DNA from: Parachlamydiales bacterium
Lineage (GTDB): Bacteria > Chlamydiota > Chlamydiia > Chlamydiales > SM23-39
NCBI GenBank assembly: GCA_003151315.1
Contig: PLXF01000060.1
Coordinates: 1-24,414, forward strand
DNA: 24,414 bases
Direction of reading: 5' to 3'
Shown here: piece after piece, positions 18,058-24,414 of the stretch
Layout of the letters: every line of letters starts with the position of its first letter
Numbering within the stretch: position 1 is the stretch's first letter
The notes under the pieces: model-generated
What the model was told of the DNA's origin: nothing
Databases searched by the model: none
The model's input: the letters and a program-made list of their open reading frames with translations, nothing else
Made by a program: the position numbers and the translations under genes

Positions 18058-19067
18058 GAGATCTTTCCTTTGACCATGAGAAAATGTTTTACGTTTTTTT
18101 CATCTCTGCAATCGCGATAAAACGTCGCAAGATTGATAAAGCCTGCTTTTTCATAGACATGCGTCGCTCTTGCATTAGATGCTGCTGGATCTATGAAGAA
18201 TGTATCTACTGGAGGGATCATTTTCTCTCCGACAAACTGCATAAATGCCTTTAAAGTGGGAGCTGCCAATCCCTGTCCCAAATATTTGTTATTTCCAATC
18301 ATAAAATCGATGCTCCACGTTCTACCTGTGGAAGATAGATGGGCTCTCCAAGTTTCTGGCAAATCGGGCTGTTCAGCTCGGACTTCAGATGTCATCAACA
18401 AACAGTAAGGTTCTGTGTCTGCCAAGCCCACCCAATAGTCAAACATTCCGTTCCAATACGGAGATGGTTCTTTGCGCTCCTTTATAAAAATTAGGAGATC
18501 TTCTCGAAATTCTGGACTGGTATCCCAAAATTCTTGGATATGAGGCTCGGCAAGCCATTGCAAAACGGTCTTTTGATGTTCAAGCCCAAGTTTCTTGAAA
18601 GTGAGTATGGGACGTCGAGAGGCTTTTCGGTAGTATTCCAATGCTTTTTTGAATCCAGGTCTCAAAGGAAGACTTTTTAAATCATTGCTGTCTGCCCATC
18701 GATAGTTACTATGTTCACTAGATAGCTCGATTGATGGCTTTTTATCCAAGTGAATCTTAAACATGTAATAAATATAATCGAGATCTGGCTTGCGAATGTA
18801 CAAAGTTTCCAAATAGATGATTTGAGAAGCAGATGAGGGCTGGATGCCTGTTTCTTCGAATAGCTCTCGTCTTGCTGCTGCTTCAGGAGTTTCTCCATGC
18901 TCTAGTTTCCCTGCAGGCACTCCCCACATCCCTTCATCCGTTTTGCCTTTCTCCTGTTGAATGAGAAGAATCTGGCCATTTATCTCTAACCAACAACCAG
19001 AAGCTCTCATTGTGGCCTGGAAATTCACCAGCTTTTCATCGCTTACTTCAGCCTTTAACGTCATCAT
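18054..19067 (-). CDS. NUDIX hydrolase fused to an AAC(6')-like/RimJ-type GNAT domain
   Basis: Complete Nudix box GKLEHGETPEAAARRELFEETGI. The C-terminal half has WLAEPHIQEFWD, IDFMIGNNKYLGQG and IDPAASNARATHVYEKAGF. Confidence 0.85.
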   Translation of the reverse strand: MMTLKAEVSDEKLVNFQATMRASGCWLEINGQILLIQQEKGKTDEGMWGVPAGKLEHGETPEAAARRELFEETGIQPSSASQIIYLETLYIRKPDLDYIYYMFKIHLDKKPSIELSSEHSNYRWADSNDLKSLPLRPGFKKALEYYRKASRRPILTFKKLGLEHQKTVLQWLAEPHIQEFWDTSPEFREDLLIFIKERKEPSPYWNGMFDYWVGLADTEPYCLLMTSEVRAEQPDLPETWRAHLSSTGRTWSIDFMIGNNKYLGQGLAAPTLKAFMQFVGEKMIPPVDTFFIDPAASNARATHVYEKAGFINLATFYRDCRDEKNVKHFLMVKGKIS

Positions 19068-20926
19068 AAATTACTTCCATTAAATGCCTTAATTTTATTC
19101 ACAATGGCCTCTTTTGTATATCCAAACCGCTCAGCTAAATCGGAAGTCGAACCCGATTCTCCAAACCAAGTAAGCGCAATTGCAATCCCATCAGCTCCAA
19201 TGTATTTGTGCCATCCCTGGTCCACCCCGGCCTCGATGCTGACTTTAACTTTTCCTTGGAGAATCGTCTTTTTATATGGGAGAGGCTGGCTTTCAAACAA
19301 TTCCCAAGAGGGCATGGATACAACACGGGCTGTGGGTCCCAATTCCTTGGCCACTTCAAGTGCCAAATGAACCTCCGAACCTGTGGCTAAAAGTAGGTAG
19401 TCGACTTGATCACCTATTTCTTTTTGTAAAATGTAGGCTCCACGTCCAACCCCTTCTGCATAGGATCTAGAAGAAAGTTCATTTATTGGCTGTCGAGAAA
19501 GAATAATAGCTGATGGTCCCTCGTGTAAAAGGGCTGCCAACCAAGACATCTTCACTTCATTTGCATCGGCAGGCCGCAAAACCAAAAGTCCCGGAATAGC
19601 GCGAAGAGACGCAATCTGCTCAATGGGTTGATGAGTGGGGCCATCAGGACCAATGAAAATCGAATCATGCGTCAGTTGATAAATTACTTTGAGCTGCATC
19701 AAGCTGGTCATTCGGATAGCACTACGCATATAGTCTACGAACCCAAGAAACGTCCCTATGAATGGAATGATCGATCTGTCTAAAGCCATTCCAGCGGCAA
19801 TGCAGGCCATTCCGAATTCCCGGACTCCATATTTGATATTGCGCCCCTCAAACTGCCCCGTTTGGATGAGCCCATATTTTTCTAAGTAAGTCCCATCTGA
19901 AGAGGATAAATCAGCAGAACCACCTATCAATTGAGGAAGAAGAGCTGCCAGCACCTGAAGCACTGCATGAGACGCCCATCGTCCTGCTACAGGGGCAGGT
20001 ATTGAGATGTTTTGTAGGATCGATTCCAAATGAGAGGGGACTGAAAACATGGATGGAGGGGAACCTGCAACGCCTCTTTGTTGAAAGAAGTGGTAAATTC
20101 CTGGATCTACGTGAAAAGAAACATCCGGCAGCCCTAGAGCTTTCTTGGCTAGAGCAACCTCTTCTTTCCCAAGAGGACGACCATGAGCAGCGGGCGTTCC
20201 TTGTTTATTCGGCGCCCCACAACCGATTCGCGTATGAGCGATGATTAGAGTAGGTTTTCCCTGATGTGTTCTAAGAGGGGCTAAAGCCGCCCTAATTTGA
20301 TCTAGGTCGTGGCCATCTACAGTGGTCACATCCCATCCTTGAGCTTGGAAGCGAAGAGGAAGATTTTCGGAAAAGCTTTCATGAACGTATCCATCCAAAG
20401 TAGTGGAATTGCTGTCATAAATAAGAATCAGATTGTCGAGGCGAAGGTGGCCAGCTATTGAGCAAGATTCCATAGCAACTCCTTCCATTAAATCTCCATC
20501 ACCGGCTACGACTACGACTTTAGAATCAATTCCCAGATGCTTGAGTCCAAGAGCCTGTCCTACCGCGAATCCAACTCCTTGCCCATCCACACCAGTTGTC
20601 GCTTCTACTCCTTCAGTCCTAGTCAAGTCAGGATGACTCGGTGTTTTAGAATCGATTTGTCTAAATTTTTTCAAATCGTTCAATGTTAAAGGAAACCCAG
20701 CGAGATGCAAGCAGCTATAAAGCCAAAGGGACCCATGTCCTACTGAAAGAATGAGACGATCTCTATGTGGCCATTTTGGGTGAGCAGGATCAAACCTTAA
20801 GAATTCGCCGAATAGATATGCGCCAATTTCTGCACAACCCATAGGCATTCCAGGATGGCCGGAACCTGCAAGCTCTACTGCATCCATCGTGAGATGCCGA
20901 ATTGTATTTGCTATTTTTTTTAACAT
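19064..20926 (-). CDS. tkt: Transketolase (divergent, 620 aa, accessory copy)
   Basis: GHPG, DRLILSVGH, TPP motif GDGDLMEG...DSN, AAHG, GSADL, YGVREFGM, THDSI..GPDGPTHQP, RPAD, LSRQ. Confidence 0.9.
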   Translation of the reverse strand: MLKKIANTIRHLTMDAVELAGSGHPGMPMGCAEIGAYLFGEFLRFDPAHPKWPHRDRLILSVGHGSLWLYSCLHLAGFPLTLNDLKKFRQIDSKTPSHPDLTRTEGVEATTGVDGQGVGFAVGQALGLKHLGIDSKVVVVAGDGDLMEGVAMESCSIAGHLRLDNLILIYDSNSTTLDGYVHESFSENLPLRFQAQGWDVTTVDGHDLDQIRAALAPLRTHQGKPTLIIAHTRIGCGAPNKQGTPAAHGRPLGKEEVALAKKALGLPDVSFHVDPGIYHFFQQRGVAGSPPSMFSVPSHLESILQNISIPAPVAGRWASHAVLQVLAALLPQLIGGSADLSSSDGTYLEKYGLIQTGQFEGRNIKYGVREFGMACIAAGMALDRSIIPFIGTFLGFVDYMRSAIRMTSLMQLKVIYQLTHDSIFIGPDGPTHQPIEQIASLRAIPGLLVLRPADANEVKMSWLAALLHEGPSAIILSRQPINELSSRSYAEGVGRGAYILQKEIGDQVDYLLLATGSEVHLALEVAKELGPTARVVSMPSWELFESQPLPYKKTILQGKVKVSIEAGVDQGWHKYIGADGIAIALTWFGESGSTSDLAERFGYTKEAIVNKIKAFNGSNL

Positions 20927-21186
20927 CGGTCACTTAGCTAGGGTTTGATCATAGGCATGTGTTGGTTAGATCGTAAAATTCAGTGCATAAATTTAAATAC
21001 GACGGCTTCATACAACTCTTGTTTACAATAGTTTACCATGTTTCGTAAAAGCTCAACAAGAACTTCAAAAGATTTAGAGTGGGAGGGCCTAAAGCTAGGG
21101 TTGTGGTCCATTCAAAATCCATGTAATTTTCCCTGTATTTCAAAAAATTGCTCTGTCTCATTTTGCATAAAGGGTAGGTTTTTATA

Positions 21187-21231
21187 TGTAACATAGGCAC
21201 TCATTGACTTTTAGTGAGTGCCTGTGTTACA
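21187..21231 (+). promoter_or_regulatory. 19-bp inverted repeat: probable AbiEi operator overlapping the abiE promoter
   Basis: TGTAACATAGGCACTCATT-gactttt-AGTGAGTGCCTGTGTTACA (17/19 match). TTGACT -35-like hexamer at 21204-21209. The repeat ends 9 nt before ATG 21241. Confidence 0.75.
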
Positions 21232-21240
21232 CATAGAAAC

Positions 21241-21837
21241 ATGAAACGATCTAAGTATCAGCACCTTCTTGATCCGCTTCTCAAAGAGTCTATATTCAAG
21301 GCCAGTGAGGCTCGCTCTAGGGGCATTCCCCCTCGAATGCTTGCGCATTTTTGTCAGAAAGGACTGATTGAAAGGGTCGGGCGCGGGCTATATCGGGTAG
21401 CCGAGGCTTCTAGCGGAGTCAACCTTGATTTTGAAGAGCTTGTGCTAACCGCTTCGAGTATCCCCAGAGGGGTTGTTTGTCTCGTCTCAGCCCTTTGCTA
21501 TTATAATTTGACCGATCAGATCATGAGGGAATATTGGATTGCCATTCCCAACACCGATAAGAGCCCGAAGCGTCCCCATACCCGAATCGTTCGAATGAGG
21601 AATATGAGTCTCGGACTAACAACCGTAAAGATGGGGAAATACGAGGTAAAAATCTTTGATCGTGAGAGGACTGTTGTCGACTCATTTCGATATTTGAGCG
21701 ACGAAATTGCCATCAAGGCTCTTCAAGCCTATTTACAACCTTTTGGCGAAAAGAAGGCAGACCTGCCAAAGCTTTCAAGATACGCCAAAGCATTAAGAAT
21801 AAATATTAATAAATATATTGTGGCTTTAACAACATGA
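21241..21837 (+). CDS. abiEi: Type IV TA antitoxin AbiEi (wHTH plus C-terminal domain)
   Basis: GLIERVGRGLYR wHTH wing, VVCLVSALCYYNLTDQI, KIFDRERTVVDSFRY. ATG 21241 is preferred over GTG 21214, which lies inside the operator. Confidence 0.85.
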   Translation: MKRSKYQHLLDPLLKESIFKASEARSRGIPPRMLAHFCQKGLIERVGRGLYRVAEASSGVNLDFEELVLTASSIPRGVVCLVSALCYYNLTDQIMREYWIAIPNTDKSPKRPHTRIVRMRNMSLGLTTVKMGKYEVKIFDRERTVVDSFRYLSDEIAIKALQAYLQPFGEKKADLPKLSRYAKALRININKYIVALTT

Positions 21838-22682
21838 CATCTGCATTAGAACAATCATTTAAAAAACGACTACAGCTCATTGCCAAGGAAAGAAACATAA
21901 CTCCTGCTGAAGTTTGGCAAAACGTCATCACAGAAAGATTTCTCGTGCGCCTATGCCGATCGCCTTACCACTCACATTTTGTCCTGAAAGGGGGAACGCT
22001 ATTGGCTCGGTATGTGGACATTGGTAGAGAAACCAAAGACTTGGATTTCACGATCCAACGACTCAGCAACGAAATCAGCGCCCTGCAGAAGACTTTTAAT
22101 GATATTGTACGAGTTGAGATTGAGGACGGGTTTGTTTTTATGAATCCAGTCGTCGCTCCTCTCGAGCATTTTCACATGGAGTATCCCGGTGCTCACGTCA
22201 AAATAGAGGTTCGTTTTGGCAAAGCCAAATTTCCTCTCTTCATCGATCTAGGATTTGGTGATCTGGTTCAGGTACGTGAGAAAGAGTTTTTGCTTCTCTC
22301 AAGTTCCAAAGGGCCTTTGTTCGAACCTTCGCTAAAGGTAAATTGCTATCCAATGGAATTTGTTTTCGCAGAGAAGCTTGAGACGGCAATCTTTCGAGGG
22401 GCCGACAACAGCCGGATGAAAGACTTTCACGATCTTTACACTCTTGCGAGTTCAGAGAAAATGTTAAATGGGAAGGATGCAGTCAAGGCGATTCAGTTGG
22501 TGTTTGAACATCGGAAGACGCCGCTTAGATTACCGATGCAGTTCGATTCTTCAGCGCTTGAAGCGTTGCAGCAATACTGGGGACGTTATCATAAAACGGC
22601 AACAGTGTCGGCCCGTTTGCCGGATCAAATTACAGAAGTGATCGAGACCATTAATGGAATCCTTGACAAAATGAATTGTTGA
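21834..22682 (+). CDS. abiEii: Type IV TA toxin AbiEii (DUF1814 nucleotidyltransferase)
   Basis: ERFLVRL, FVLKGGTLL, RETKDLDF, IDLGFGD, AEKLE, NSRMKDFHDLY. ATGA overlap with abiEi. Confidence 0.9.
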   Translation: MTSALEQSFKKRLQLIAKERNITPAEVWQNVITERFLVRLCRSPYHSHFVLKGGTLLARYVDIGRETKDLDFTIQRLSNEISALQKTFNDIVRVEIEDGFVFMNPVVAPLEHFHMEYPGAHVKIEVRFGKAKFPLFIDLGFGDLVQVREKEFLLLSSSKGPLFEPSLKVNCYPMEFVFAEKLETAIFRGADNSRMKDFHDLYTLASSEKMLNGKDAVKAIQLVFEHRKTPLRLPMQFDSSALEALQQYWGRYHKTATVSARLPDQITEVIETINGILDKMNC

Positions 22683-23009
22683 TAAGGAGATGGTGTGAAA
22701 TCGCTTCGTCAGAGGTTCTAGGATCTGGGATTACGAGATGAGATGAGTGGAGCGTTGTTTTCTTCCTTTTGAGCGGTTTTAGGGCCGTTTCTGGATGTTT
22801 TTGTCTTCTGTATCCATTTGCACCCGAGCTTGGATTGGAACACGACGGAATTTCTGATAACCTTTGCGATCATTTGCGCTACAATTGTCTTCATCAAGAA
22901 AGATTGTTTTGGTATCATCCTCTCTCTTAGATCGTAAGAAATTTCTTTGCGATTATTAGGGCATTTTGAAAATAGCACGCCCTTGCTGGGTCTGACAAAT
23001 GGAGGTTTT

Positions 23010-23468
23010 ATGTCACGATTTTGGAAGAGTTTTTTATGTCTGTTCTGCTCTTGCTGCTTTTGTTCTGCAAAAGCCGATGATTTGGATTTACTTTCTCGAG
23101 CGTATCTTTCGAATAAGAAATATGCGAAAAACATCGAAGTAAAAGCGTATTTAGTCACAAGGGATCAAGTTGCAAAAGTATTTACCGAAGACAATGTGGA
23201 AATCATTCAAAAAACGAATAAAGAGCTTTATGGTCGAGAAATATTTCTTTTAGTTCGCTGTAAAAATTTTGGCGATTACAGATCTTTTGGCACTTTAAAT
23301 TGCAAGTTTTCTGAGAGTGGTAATCCTATATCGATTGAAGTAATGATGATGCCAGGCTACATGAAATCTTTCGGAAATTCTGTTCTCCCCATGTACAGCG
23401 GAACTATTCCTAATGATGAAAATACGCCTGTTATAATTTGTGAATGGAAGAGTCTGTATACGATATAG
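23010..23468 (+). CDS. Hypothetical secreted protein (152 aa), Sec signal peptide
   Basis: GGAGG RBS before ATG 23010. N-terminus MSRFWKSFLCLFCSCCFCSAKA-DD suggests an A-x-A cleavage site. The mature part looks beta-rich. Confidence 0.65.
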   Translation: MSRFWKSFLCLFCSCCFCSAKADDLDLLSRAYLSNKKYAKNIEVKAYLVTRDQVAKVFTEDNVEIIQKTNKELYGREIFLLVRCKNFGDYRSFGTLNCKFSESGNPISIEVMMMPGYMKSFGNSVLPMYSGTIPNDENTPVIICEWKSLYTI

Positions 23469-23475
23469 TTAAAAA

Positions 23476-24414
23476 ATGAATTGCTTTTTCACTTTTTTCT
23501 TTTTCTTTTTTTCTAGTTTTTGCTTTTCAGCAGATTATACAGAAAAATCGATAGTCTATGATGCAAATGGAAATATTTCCAAATCCACTTCTTCTCATGC
23601 GGGAGAGATTGCTTATTTATATGATCCGATCAACAGACTTATTGAGACTCGTTATCCCAATGTCGAAAGTATCAAATGTGCTTATGATTACAATAGCAAT
23701 CTCATAAAAGTAGCCAAAGGTAGCGAGGTCACATCTTATTCTTATGATTCCTCAAACCGTTTGATAAAAGCGCAGTTTTCGGGGGATATCTCTTTTGTCT
23801 ACGAATACGATTTGGTAGATAGACTTGTAAAAATTACTTATCCCGATCAGGAAGAGGTTCGGTACGAATATGATCATCGGGGCCGACTAACTAAGGTTTT
23901 TGATCTGGTCGGCGGAACCGAATATGAGTATGACGATCAAACAAATCTCGTTGTGAAGGAGCGACTGTCTAATGGGATTGTCACAGAGTACAGCCATGAT
24001 TCCTTTCCCAGAATTACGGGAGTGTCTCACAAGAAATCAGATGGAGAGCTTCTTGTTGAATATCAATTTGCCTATGATGGCAATAACAATTGCATATCAG
24101 TTAAGGAACGTACTCCCTCAGAGACCAAAACCACGACCTATTCTTATGACAAATTAAAAAGGCTTGTCGAGGTTCTCTGCTCTGATCATTCCTTTGAACA
24201 GTATACCTATGATGGCGCTGGCAATCGTTTGGCTAAGATTACGCCAAACGGGACTGTTGAGTATGAATATGATAATCGCAATCGATTAATAAGGGCGGGG
24301 GTGACTCGTTTTTACTACGATGCTTCGGGAAATGTAGTCAAAAAGACGTCCCCAGGGAAAAATATCAGTTTCGGATATGATCCAGCGGGGCGACTGGTTT
24401 CATTTAATGATGCA
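23476..24414 (+). CDS. YD/RHS-repeat protein, N-terminal 313 aa (runs off the window; absent from the ORF track)
   Basis: Open frame from ATG 23476: MNCFFTFFFFFFSSFCFSA-DYTEKSIVYDANGN..., with many YD repeats (YLYDPINRL, YSYDSSNRL, YEYDHRGRL, YTYDGAGNR, YYDASGN, GYDPAGRL). Confidence 0.9.
   Translation, partial: MNCFFTFFFFFFSSFCFSADYTEKSIVYDANGNISKSTSSHAGEIAYLYDPINRLIETRYPNVESIKCAYDYNSNLIKVAKGSEVTSYSYDSSNRLIKAQFSGDISFVYEYDLVDRLVKITYPDQEEVRYEYDHRGRLTKVFDLVGGTEYEYDDQTNLVVKERLSNGIVTEYSHDSFPRITGVSHKKSDGELLVEYQFAYDGNNNCISVKERTPSETKTTTYSYDKLKRLVEVLCSDHSFEQYTYDGAGNRLAKITPNGTVEYEYDNRNRLIRAGVTRFYYDASGNVVKKTSPGKNISFGYDPAGRLVSFNDA

Noticed and set aside
18376-18382. GCTCGGA, the reverse complement of 7 nt at the tRNA-Leu 3' end, as a candidate attR
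   Set aside because: Only 7 nt, inverted, and inside a CDS; expected by chance.
20936-21102. 10-bp direct repeat AGCTAGGGTT at 20936 and 21093 as a target-site duplication of a MITE
   Set aside because: No terminal inverted repeats in the intervening 147 bp; the match is marginal and plausibly chance.
21214-21240. GTG 21214 start for AbiEi given in the ORF track
   Set aside because: It lies within the operator palindrome, and ATG 21241 gives a typical AbiEi N-terminus.
22718-23158. 146-aa minus-strand ORF
   Set aside because: It overlaps the RBS-supported + strand gene at 23010 in antisense and has no motif. Other frames of 22683-23009 gave no recognisable product.

Overview
Chromosomal window from a member of the phylum Chlamydiota, most likely an environmental non-Chlamydiaceae lineage. 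The assignment is inferred from gene order and the GrgA-like gene, and the species cannot be determined. Bases 1-9400 are core genome: the end of the spc/alpha ribosomal cluster (rplN-rplX-rplE-rpsH-rplF-rplR-rpsE-rplO-secY-rpsM-rpsK-rpoA-rplQ), then gapA, a grgA homologue and tRNA-Leu(TAA). An integrated element begins immediately 3' of the tRNA. It carries an intact tyrosine integrase and an overlapping second recombinase-like protein that resembles chlamydial plasmid Pgp7/Pgp8 but lacks most catalytic residues. These are followed by an excisionase-like protein, an 875-aa Toprim primase-helicase, an inverted triple-hexamer array resembling an iteron origin, and a DUF5681 gene coupled to a 57-aa ORF missing from the ORF track. 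This architecture resembles a phage satellite/PICI. Accessory cargo follows: a VOC protein, an amidohydrolase, an HXXEE protein, a coupled transketolase-NUDIX/GNAT-GNAT operon, an AbiEi/AbiEii type IV TA pair with a palindromic operator, a small secreted protein, and a signal-peptide-bearing YD/RHS protein that runs off the window. I found no attR copy of the tRNA 3' end. Family assignments come from motif recognition and recall, not from database searches.
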